The notes beneath the pieces are model-generated. The model had not been told where the DNA came from, did no database searches, and saw only the letters and a program-made list of their open reading frames with translations. The position numbers were made by a program, and so were the translations under genes. From Mobula hypostoma (taxonomy: Eukaryota), in NCBI RefSeq assembly GCF_963921235.1, contig NC_086097.1, forward strand, positions 146,508,001 through 146,572,000: a stretch of 64,000 bases of DNA, given 5' to 3'. Below, in pieces: positions 27,611 to 38,735 of the stretch; position 1 is the stretch's first letter; each line of letters begins with the position of its first letter.

Positions 27611-28364
27611 AGAGTTACAAAGAAAAATATCTGTCTTTATAAATCTTCAATTATAATCGATGTGAAGCAATGAAATACCAGATTTGTAACAGTTAATTAG
27701 CAGGTCATTTGGTTATAATTAAGGTTTATAACATCATTAAAAATTATCTTAAGTGGACAAACCCTATACATATCATATTAGCAGAACTACATGCTATATT
27801 GCATGTATTGTTGAAATCTGTCAATGAGCTCATGCAACAGCACAGCTTGTAGCTGAGAAGGATCACTAAGATGGTGGCTTCCTGATTTTCCTGCTCCTTT
27901 GTTTATGTGCAGATGCTAGAGGTTTCACTCCAATTAACTCCACAAGGATAGTGAATTATGTTAACTCCACAATTATTCTTATCAAAAAGTAGAGCCCGTC
28001 TATCATATTATGCTTCAATAGAATGTGCATACATGAAAAGCACTAATTTAAGAAAAAAAAATCTAAATTTGGTACAGGATGTTTCACTAAACCTTCATAT
28101 CCGTAATATATTATCTATAGAATATAAATTTCAAATTTATAAGACATACCATTGACATCTTTGTAAGTTCCCAACCTCTTGATAAAGGTGACTTCAAAGT
28201 TTAGTAATTGTCCTCAGCTAGGCAAATGCTGCAGTCAGTTTGCCTGTAATATGATTGATCAATTAATAACTGTCAAGAGCTGAGAAAACTGATCCCACAC
28301 AACCCATTAGTGTTTTGGACACAGTTCTAATATCTTCCTTGGCTGGTCATCAGTTATTGTCTCC

Positions 28365-29940
28365 TCAGGCTCTTCTTGGGCTTCCAGCCAGGTACAGGTA
28401 TTGATTTTAACCGACGTTTCAATGACAAACTCTGCCATCTTCATCAGGGATGATGCCTAGGGATGTCTAGTCTGGTGGTACATATACCCTGTCATCTGTC
28501 TCTCCTGATGGTAAGTCCTTATCCAGTTAGGCTTCTGCTCTCCCACCTTGTTTACAATTGAATTCCAGTTCTAACTTAGAGCGAGACCTTTGTCTTTGTT
28601 AAAATTCATTTCCTCTAGTTTCATTTCAATGGCTTCCTTCACCACATAAAGTACGGCATAGAGTTTGGTGCCTTCAGAGTCAATCCTGTGGGCATTGCAA
28701 ATGCAATGTTCTGCTATCGTCCATTTCTCCAGGTGACCCAAATGGATACACCTCCTGTGCTCTTTGATGCAAGTTCCACTGTGCACCCCATCTGGCTGCT
28801 ATACGCTGCTCCATGTTTACAAGGAATCCTGTAAACGCCAGCCACCCTGAGTCCCAGGTCACTTTTGACCCACATAAGCTACAATTTGAGCTTCCTTATG
28901 CGTTTGTTGAGGGTATTAATCCTGTATTTCTTCAGGATACTGTCAATCCTTCCAGTAAGCGTGGAAATATAAGGAAGACAGGCGGTAGCAACGGGTTCCT
29001 CCTCGTTGTTAGGCTTCCTGGTTTTTCTGTCAGCCCTCTTAAGAACCTGATTTATTTCCTTCAACTTGTAGACATTTTGTAGGAACGTCATGCGTAATCA
29101 TCTATTTCTTTGTGGAGCTCTCCAGGTCTGAAATAGTTTTGTGTGGTTAGTCAAAGTAGAAAGAATCACTCTACGTTGAGAGGCGTGATGGTAGCTGTTA
29201 TTGTTAAGATACATGTCTTGTGTGAGTGGGTTTCTGATCGATGCCATGCCCGAGGCTACCATCCGTTTCCATCATGTTAGAATGTGAGGCCACTATTCTT
29301 CTCCATATCTATCGTAAATTGAATGTTTGGATGTTGTTCAGATGGTTGTGGAACTGTAGGAGTGCCTGGAGTCCATAAGACCACTCTATGAAGATGTCAT
29401 CAGTGTATCTGAAGAAGCATTTGGGGCGTAACAGCGATGAACTCAGCACCCTCTCCCCAAAGTGCTCCATGTAGAAATTAGCAACAGCTGATGGCAAGGG
29501 CGATCCAGTGGCCACTCTGTTTGTAAGGGTCTATTCAAAAAGGTTAATGTTACCCTTTCGGTTACCTGGAGAAATCAGTGGTGGCAGAACACGGCATTTG
29601 CAATGGTCATAGCATTGAGTTCAACGGCAGAAAACTACCGTGCCACACCAGTGGGTTTTGGGACCGCCTGGTGAATGAAGCCATTGAAATAAAATGAGGA
29701 GAAATTTTAACAAACACAAAAGTTTTGCTGTAAGTAAAAACTGAAATTTGATTGTAAACAAGGTAGGAGAGTGGAAACCTGGTTGGATAAGGACTAATCA
29801 ATCAGGAAGGATGGGCGATGGATTCTACTGAACTAGACATGCCCAGGCATCATCCCTGATGAAGATGGCAGAATTTATCATTGAAACATCGGTTAAAATC
29901 AACACCTGTACCCAGCTGGAAACCTGGGAAAAGTTTATTT
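28365..29940 (-). mobile_element. Second Penelope-like family (Poseidon-type RT motifs): - strand RT/GIY-YIG remnant ~28365-29525 plus an inverted + strand 3' copy ~29558-29940
   Basis: ATGSPLPSAVANFYMEHF..PKCFFRYTDDIF, ACLPYI, IKEHRR..IAEHC..KEAIE. The two ends are reverse complements (ttccagccaggtacaggtattgattttaaccga vs tcggttaaaatcaacacctgtacccagctggaa). Confidence 0.8.
28411..28449 (-). ncRNA. Minimal hammerhead ribozyme motif (second family)
   Basis: - strand cc CTGATGA a gatggca-gagtt-tgtcatt GAAA cGTC gg; 7-bp stem II with G-U pairs, very short stem I. Confidence 0.6.
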
Positions 29941-31660
29941 TTCATGTATGCCTGGAAAACTCGAGATCCTTTTTCACCTTGGAATGTTCTGCCCTGTTCA
30001 AGATCCTGATCAGTAGAAGCTTTTATTCTCCTTCCTTTCTTATTTTTAGGGTGTTTTCTTTAAATATCTGCTGATAAATGTTGCAGTGGATTTGCTTAAT
30101 TTAGAGGAAAAGTTCAGTTACTGATTAAGATAAAGTGACTTTCCTTTCTGGCCATGAATTGTTGAAGGATGGGTGAATAATGCTGCAAATAGCTGCAAAC
30201 TTGGCCAGAGTTCTGTACAGTGTGTTTATGTAATGGAGGGTTTTCCACACTGTTCTAATGATGGAAAAGCAGTAGAATCCAGTAGCTTAAGAGCGGCTTC
30301 TGCTTCCAGATCTAGCTACTACGTGCTTTTGCAGTGCTGCTTCTTTGCCAAGAGTAAAGGAGGAAATGAAAAGACCATTTCTCAAGTAAATTCTCTGTTG
30401 TCTTCAACTGATCCCTCCGCCCCCTTCCCCACCACTGTCTTCCACTCCCCCTTGATTATTTGCCTATTGATAACAAATACATAACAACATATGAAACAGT
30501 AGCAGAGATAGGCCAGACAACCTTTCTAACCTCCTTTGCAACTCAGTAAGATCATTGCTTATCTGACCTTGGCCACAGCTCTATTTATCTGGCTGCTACC
30601 CATAACCCCTGATAGTCCAAAAATATTATAGCCTTGAATTTATGACATGTTACCATCACCACGCTGGATGACCTTCTGCCTGTTGCAAATATCTTTTGCT
30701 TTTATTCCATCGCTGTGGCAGTGTAACTTTGCTATTATCTGCTGATCATTCTTCCCTGCACACTTGAAAAGAAATTTAACTGAGTTACAGTTTGTGCCAT
30801 GGATGAAAACATCCCATTGTTCTTTATGAAGATGGTGAGACTTTTAGCTATTATTTATCCTTATAAAAATCGCAAAACAGATCATTTATTTCATTGCGAT
30901 TTGCTGAGAGCTGTTATGCATAACATTGTCCTCATTTCCCATTGGGTCACTGAGTTTGTATAAATTGCATATAAGATCCTATGGCAATTACAGTATTTGA
31001 GAAATGTTTGTTTATTAGTTGCTAATTGTTCAGTAATTTCTCCATTTTTAGGGGAAAATCAACATTTCATGTTGCTGACAGATTCTCCAATGGAGATGAT
31101 TTGGGACATTCGCCAAATTAGTGACTGTTATTTCTGTGTTCAGCAAAGCAATATGTAGGTGGTTCAGCAGCCAGAGTTTGTATCCATTCAAGGGACATGG
31201 ACCTTGCAGACTGAGTCCATCCCTACTTGCACTTGAGAAGGTGCTGGTGAGCTGCCTTCTTGAACTGCTCTGGTTGATATTGTGGTGTACCCACAATGCA
31301 GCTAAAAAGAGATCCAGGATTTTGACTCAGCAGTGGTGAAGGAGCAATAATGTACACTTGTATTTTCAAGTCGGGGTGGTGTGTGGCTTGGAACATTACA
31401 TCCAGGTGGTGAAATTCCCATACCTTTGTTGGTCTTGTCCTTCAAGCTGGCAGAGGTCATGGGTTTGGAAGGTGCTGTCGAAGGAACCTTGGTGAGTTGT
31501 AGTGCATCCTGTGGATGGTACAATTTACTGCTACCAGGCATCGGTAAAGTTTGGTTTTAATTGAGTCAGTTACAATCCAAAAGATATTTTCCTTTCCATT
31601 ATGTGCCTTCAACTGATATTCATTAATTCAGTTTTTGTTGGTGTCTGTCTTGTTTTGCAG

Positions 31661-31755
31661 ATGAGCAAGAAGCCCTGAACTCGATTATGAAAGATTTGGC
31701 TGCTCTGGGCAAGTGCCGTAAATTGCTGGATTATGACACTGGCAGGAACAAGCAG
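31661..31755 (+). CDS. MAP3K2/3-family exon: (D)EQEALNSIMKDLAALGKCRKLLDYDTGRNKQ
   Basis: tgttttgcag acceptor, CAG|gtgaga donor; matches the MEKK3 N-terminus DEQEALNSIM.DL; 95 nt, phase 1 to 0. Confidence 0.93.
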
Positions 31756-34700
31756 GTGAGATTTGCATCAAAGACAAAGAAAAATGGGTTTAAATTCTGC
31801 AAATTTTGCCAGTGTTGTTACCAGGCTTGTTCATTTCGCTCTTGCTGTTGTGTTATGGGAAAACTGAGGTGCAAAGCAACTTGATGTATATTTCTGGAGT
31901 CTTGTCCTTAGATCACCTATATTCTTAGCAAAGTCACTTATATCTAGGACAAACAAAGGCTCCAGCACTGAACCCTGCTGTACAGCACCTGTTATAGACT
32001 TTCAGTCAGAAAAATAATCCACCACTAACTTCTGCCTCCTATCACAAAGCCAATTTTGGATCCATTTTACCAACATGCATTGGATTTCTTGTGTCTTAAT
32101 CTACCTACCGTGTGAGACCTTGTCAAAAACCCCACTCTACGTACATGTAAACATGTCGACCATTCTGTCATCATCAATTTTCCAAATCACCTTCTCTTAA
32201 AATCTCAATCGGATTTGTGAGTTGAATGACCTCCAGCATTTCACTGAAAGCCACTTTTATAACTTTAACCTGTACTAATGGTATGTGGAAGATTCAAAGT
32301 GTGAGAAATATTCTGGAATTGAAATTGGTGGATGCATAATCTGGAATGCATTATGAACCAAGTAGCAACAGTACACTCAAAAGCATAAAAGATGCTTTTC
32401 AATGTTATATGATAGCAAAGTTGTATTTAACAAATTTAGTAAAACTTTTCATATATAGTGACATGTTAGTGTAGTGATTAGCACGGCACTATTACACCTC
32501 GGGAGTTTTAGAGTTCAATTCTGGTGTCCACTATAAAGAGTTTGTATGGTCCTCCTTGTGAATGCTATAGACCCTGGAAGCAAATGGGATCTTGTCATAA
32601 TTTCAATGGAATTGGAGGAAAGTTTTGCTGCTATTCTAAGGGACTTTGATAAGAATGTACTTGGACTGCCAATCATAGATTTGGACTTCTTATGTAAGTT
32701 ATACTTTCATTAGAGGATAATAATATTGATTATTCTTCAATCGGTTTTGGAGAAGGTCCATAGATTGATTTCTAGTATGAAGGAACAAACATTAATTAGA
32801 TTGACCTTAATTTTGAATTCTGGAAGAATGGGAGTAATATTATTGAAATGAATGAGATCCTGAAAGATTTCAACAACTTGGATGGTGAGAGTTTCTTTCC
32901 TTGCTTGTGGAACCTACAACAAGAAGACAGTCTGAAGATAAGGATATGCCGACTTAAGACTGGGCTTGCAAAAAAGTTCTTCATTCACAGAGTTGCGCAT
33001 TCTGGAGAGCTGTGGAAGTTGAGACATTAAAGTCTAGAAGTTGAATTTCATCCACTTCTTGTACAGTAACTAACACGTCAAAAAATGATCACAAAATGGT
33101 GATATCTGCATGGTTAAGTTTTGCTCCCCTTTAGTCAGACTGCACAGTTGCTTGCTGTACCTAGCAGAGCTGCTGAATTAATTTCACACTGGGAAGTTGG
33201 TCAGCACTGTCAAGGTGTTCTGTCCATGGTAGTCATGCAGCAACTTTGGAAACATTGTGGAGCCTGGAAAAATCACATGCTGGCCTTCGAAAGGGTATGC
33301 CCACCTGTTGGAGCACACCAGGATTTTACTATGGCCTATGCAAACAGCAGGGCTAACGTTTCTCCTAAGGTGCACAGTGCACAGATGCTGTAGCCTTTTT
33401 CAGCAATTCTTGTGTGAAAAAGGGCAGCATGCAGAAATGAAAATGATAGAGGTTTCAGTAAAAAATAAAATCTATGTACTGTGAGAGAGGAGGAGAACCC
33501 TTTAACTCATTCATGTTCCACAATTTGCCCTGAAGGTTGTTTCACAGAGGGAGAATAGTAAAGGACGTAGATCCAGTTGATCAACTGGAAATGGCTAGTG
33601 CTTAGGGGACTTCACTGGATGCAGAAATAGCAATAGAGAAATGCCAGAAGTAAATCATGACAGAAGGTGCCTGATCTAATTTCCTAAGGATTGTCTAACT
33701 TCCTCATGACCAGGACCAGCAGGAAATGGGCACAAATGCTTTTTACTTAATCCATTTTCCAGGCTCACTCCCTTAAATTTTTATACTTCAGGGAATCATG
33801 ATTAGTGGAGGTTAGTAAGATAGCGGAATTGAGATCAAGACTGGAGACCGGTCATTTTAAATTTCAGAAGTTGCTTCTGGATTTTCTGAAGTGGGTAAGT
33901 GAGGGCCAAAGATGCTGGGAGCTGGAGTGAATGAAGTAGGTTCTGGAGATAGAATATCCTCTGTAGAATAGTCTCCTCCTGTTTGTGTACAGTTTATTTG
34001 TTAATTTCTGTTCGAAATATAAAGTAAAAATATAAACTCCTGCTTTGTTCCATCCTTTGCTGACTGTTTCTACCATCCCCATGCCAACTACAAAATTTCC
34101 ATGCTTATTTACCACCCATTCCTCCGGCTTTAGATCCAGGATTTTTCTCCTTATTCTTTTGCTTCCTGCACATGAGCTTTTTCATTTATTCCACAGTTGA
34201 CTGCAGAGCATTTTGCCCTCTAGTCTGAATCATGAATATTAACCCTTCCATCTTTAACCTGGAACAAAATCAGCAATTGTAGAACTGGAGAAACATAGTC
34301 ACTTTGAAACCACAAGATCATCTTAAAATTTTGTCTAATGCTATAATGTCCTTTCAGAGAAGAAATTTCACACTCAGGGCTTGACTTACTTAGAATGTCA
34401 CTCAATTCCACAAACCCCATATTGCAATTAGTTACTTCCTTCAAATTCAATACTAGACTCAGTAAAGATAAATGCACTTTCACCTACTGATGCATTTTAA
34501 TTATGTGAAAACAGGTGCCAAAATTGGGTAGTCTAATCCTAGATGATATTGACTTGCTGATGAAATAATCACTTTAAGTCAATGTCCATGGCTGGCCCAT
34601 TGCTGAATCTGGCCACAGGCAGTCCTACCAACAGGATTGTTCTCCAAAGTGTGGCAGCACAAAGATGTGTTTGATAAGTAAGTGGCCCTGGAATCCTCAA

Positions 34701-35486
34701 TATTGATCCTGTTCTCTGTGGATCCTCACTGTATTGGGCCAAAAATGGGCTAAAAACATGCTTATTTCCTACCATTAGCCCTCAGCTGATGAATCTATAA
34801 TGTTCAGGTCTGCCATCACTTGGAAGGCATGCAGAAGCAGCAAGGTCAGAGGATAGGAGTTCCCATTCCATTGCCAAATGTGGCTGTGCAGCATCATTAT
34901 TAAACTACCTCACAAGACAGTCTTCAACCAGTTCATCTTATTCTGTTAGATGACACACAATAGCAAGAAATCTTGGCTCACAGGAGCAATTGTTCATAGA
35001 CAACTGAACAGTGTTGCAATTAAACTACTGACCAGATCGTATATTAACTGCTTAAAAATGGTAAACCCCAATAACAGAAAAGAAAACTAAAATAAGAATT
35101 TTGCAGCTGTAGAACTAGAAAATAGCAAGGCTTCAGGCCTTGCTAATGTAAACAGTGAACATGTTAAAAACTCAGCCCAGCAGCCAATGACCTGCCACTG
35201 AGACTGTGCCATGCTGCCTGAGGTGTGACTGTTTACCTAAGATCCAGAGACAAGCATGTATTGTTGCACTTCAGAAATCAGGAAGCTGACTGACTGGTGG
35301 AACGTCCAGTCAAATTTCATGCTCTGCCGCTGCATAGATTTGATGAGTGCATTATCTCGAATGGACCCTGAAAATTCTTGGAAAAAAAGTTATTCCCAAA
35401 CACAAACTACAGGAATTCTGCAGATGCTGGAAATTCAAGCAACACACATCAAAGTTGCTGCAAGCAGCATCTGTAGGAAGAGGTGC

Positions 35487-35522
35487 AGTCGACGTTTCAG
35501 GCCGAGACCCTTCGTCAGGACT
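35487..35522 (-). ncRNA. Minimal type I hammerhead ribozyme, intact core
   Basis: - strand AGTC CTGACGA AGG-gtctcgg-CCT GAAA CGTC GACT: stem I AGTC/GACT, core CUGAnGA and GAAA, palindromic ACGT stem III, GUC cleavage triplet. Confidence 0.8.
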
Positions 35523-38042
35523 AACTGAAGGAAGAGTGAGTAAGGGATTTGAAAGTTGGAGGGGGAGGGGGAGATCCAAAATGATAGGAGAAGACAGGAG
35601 GGGGAGGGATAGAGCCAAGAGCTGGACAGGTGATAGGCAAAAGGGGATACGAGAGGATCATGGGACAGGAGGTCCGGGAAGAAAGACGGGGGGGGGGTGA
35701 CCCAGAGGATGGGCAAGAGGTATATTCAGAGGGACAGAGGGAGAAAAAGGAGAGTGAGAGAAAGAATGTGTGTATAAAAATAAGTAACAGATGGGGTATG
35801 AGGGGGAGGTGGGGCCTTAGCGGAAGTTAGAGAAGTCGATGTTCATGCCATCAGGTTGGAGGCTACCCAGACGGAATATAAGTTATTGTTCCTCCAGCCT
35901 GAGTGTGGCTTCATCTTTACAGTAGAGGAGGCCGTGGATAGACATGTCAGAATGGGAATGGGATGTGGAATTAAAATGTGTGGCCACTGGGAGATCCTGC
36001 TTTCTCTGGCGCACAGAGCATAGATGTTCAGCAAAGCGGTCTCCCAGTCTGTGTCGGGTCTCGCCAATATATCAAAGGCCACATCGGGAGCACCGGACGC
36101 AGTATATCACCCCAGTCGACTCACAGGTGAAGTGTTGCCTCACCTGGAAGGACTGTTTGGGGCCCTGAATGGTGGTAAGGGAGGAAGTGTAAGGGCATGT
36201 GTAGCACTTGTTCCGCTTACACGGATAAGTGCCAGGAGGGAGATCAGTGGGGAGGGATGGGGGGGACGAATGGACAAGGGAGTTGCGTAGGGAGCGATCC
36301 CTGCGGGATCCCACCACTAAGCACATCTTTCCCTCCCCCCCTCTCTCTGCATTCAATGGGATCCCACCACTAAGCACATCTTTCCCTCCCCCCCCCTGCA
36401 TTCAATGGGATCCCACCACTAAGCACATCTTTCCCTCCCCCCCTCTCTCTGCATTAACTTCCGCCACCTCCAACGGGATCCCACCACTAAGCACATCTTT
36501 CCCTCCCCGCCTCTCTCTGCATTCTTAGTAATTTCTCCTTTGGCTCCTCCCACTTCCTCCAAACTAAAGGTGTAGCTATGGGCACCCGTATGGGTCCTAG
36601 CTATGCCTGCCTTTTTGTTGGGTTTTTGGAACAATCTATGTTCCATGCCTATTCTGGTATCTGTCCCCCACTTTTCCTTCGCTACATCGACGACTGCATT
36701 GGCGCTGCTTCCTGCACGCATGCAGAACTCGTTGACTTTATTAACTTTGCCTCCATCTTTCACCCTGCCCTCAAGTTTACCTGGTCCATTTCTGACACCT
36801 CCCTCCCCTTTCTAGATCTTTCTGTCTCTGTCTCTGAAGACAGCTTATCCACTGATGTCTACTATAAGCCTACTGACTCTCACAGCTATCTGGACTATTC
36901 CTCTTCTCACCCTGTCTCTTGCAAAAACGCCATCCCCTTCTCGCAATTCCTCCGTCTCCGCCGCATCTGCTCTCAGGATGAGGCTTTTCATTCTAGGACG
37001 AGGGAGATGTCTTCCTTTTTTAAAGAAAGGGGCTTCCCTTCCTCCGCTATCAACTCTGCTCTTAAACGCATCTCCCCCATTTCACGTACATCTGCTCTCA
37101 CTCCATCCTCCTGCCACACCACTAGGAATAGGGTTCCCCTGGTCCTCACCTACCACCCAGCCTCCGGGTCCAACATATTATTCTCCGTAACTTCCGCCAC
37201 CTCCAACGGGATTCCACCACTAAGCACATCTTTTCCTCTCCCCCTCTCTCTGCATTCCGCAGGGATCGCTCCCTACGCAACTCTCTTGTCCATTCGTCCC
37301 CCCCATCCCTCCCCACTGATCTCCCTCCTGGCACTTATCCGTGTAAGCGGAACAAGTGCTACACATGCCCTTACACTTCCTCCCTTACCACCATTCAGGG
37401 CCCCAAACAGTCCTTCCAGGTGAGGCAACACTTCACCTGTGAGTCGACTGGGGTGATATACTGCGTCCGGTGCTCCCGATGTGGCCTTTTATATATTGGC
37501 GAGACCCGACACAGACTGGGAGACCGCTTTGCTGAACATCTACGCTCTGTCCGCCAGAGAAAGCAGGATCTCCCAGTGGCCACACATTTTAATTCCACAT
37601 CCCATTCCCATTCTGACATGTCTATCCACGGCCTCCTCTACTGTAAAGATGAAGCCACACTCAGGTTGGAGGAACAACACCTTATATTCCGTCTGGGTAG
37701 CCTCCAACCTGATGGCATGAACATCGACTTCTCTAACTTCCGCTAAGGCCCCACCTCCCCCTCATACCCCATCTGTTACTTACTTTTATACACACATTCT
37801 TTCTCTCACTCTCCTTTTTCTCCCTCTGTCCCTCTGAATATACCCCTTGCCCATCCTCTGGGTCCCACCCCACCTTTGTCTTTCTTCCTGGACCTCCTGT
37901 CCCATGATCCTCTCGTATCCCCTTTTGCCTATCACCTGTCCAGCTCTTGGCTCTATCCCTCCCCCTCCTGTCCTCTCCTATCATTTTGGATCTCCCCCTC
38001 CCCCTCCAGCTTTCAAATCCCTTACTCACTCTTCCTTCAGTT

Positions 38043-38078
38043 AGTCCTGACGAAGGGTCTCGGCCTGAAACATCGACT
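38043..38078 (+). ncRNA. Minimal hammerhead motif, stem III mutated (GAAACATC)
   Basis: agtc ctgacga agggtctcggcct gaaa catc gact. Confidence 0.65.
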
Positions 38079-38445
38079 GCACCTCTTCCTACAGATGCTG
38101 CCTGGCCTGCTGCGTTCACCAGTGACTTTGATGTGTGTTGCTCTTATTCCCAAACGGGCTGGTTTCTTGCCAGTCAAGTTGTGTATTGTCCCGGTCCGCA
38201 ATCTTACATAATGCACTGAAAATGATCTGAGACAAATCTAATCACTGCTATTGCTCTGATATTGTTCTCCAACACCACTACTCCACCCCTTGCTATGTTG
38301 CAATATCTAAAATTATGATAAGGGATAGATAACACCACTCCTGTGCCAAGTCTGCCTGCCTAATACAGTAATAATACTGTATCACTTTGCAGAAACAAAA
38401 TTCACCCTTTGCTGACTGAGAACTGGTATAAACTAACAAACCAGT

Positions 38446-38735
38446 CAAAGTTCAAAGTAAGTTTATTATCAAAGTACGTATGTTACCATATACAATGCTG
38501 AGGGTCGTCTTCCTGTAGACATACTCGATAAATCCAGTAACCGTAATAGGATAAATGAAAGACAGCACCAACGGGGCAGGCAACCAATGTGCAAAAGACA
38601 ACAAACTGTGCAAATACAAAAAGAAAGAAAGAATAATAATAAATAAGCAATAAATATCAAGAACATGAGATGAAGAGTCCTTGAAAGTAAGTCCATAGGT
38701 TGTGGGACTCTATGATGGGGAAAGTGAACTTGAGT
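38446..38735 (-). mobile_element. Rex1/Babar-type 3'UTR fragment
   Basis: Closely similar to 13493-13800 (caaagttcaaagtaa..., gagatgaagagtccttga). Confidence 0.65.

Larger units (their letters stand above)
35402..38143 (+). mobile_element. Penelope-like element (Neptune-type RT motifs), fold-back structure: inverted 3' copy 35402-~36306, reiterated spacer, 5'-truncated RT + GIY-YIG + 3' repeat ~36525-38143
   Basis: MGTRMGPSYACLF, RYIDD, LPFLDL, YYKPTDSHSYL (36578 on) and GVIYCVRCSRCGLLYIGET..RFAEH (37420..37746); frameshift near 37160. 12-bp TSD ttattcccaaac at 35390-35401 and 38144-38155. Confidence 0.93.

Noticed and set aside
31661..31884. ATG at 31661 or ORF 31687..31884 as a stand-alone gene
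   Set aside because: The ATG at 31661 is out of frame with the conserved peptide, and the ORF runs past the splice donor at 31755.
36305..36525. Repeat array as CRISPR
   Set aside because: No unique spacers, no cas genes; the units are copies of the adjacent Penelope ORF in a vertebrate intron.
36578..37746. Functional or domesticated Penelope RT-endonuclease gene
   Set aside because: 5'-truncated within RT and frameshifted near 37160.
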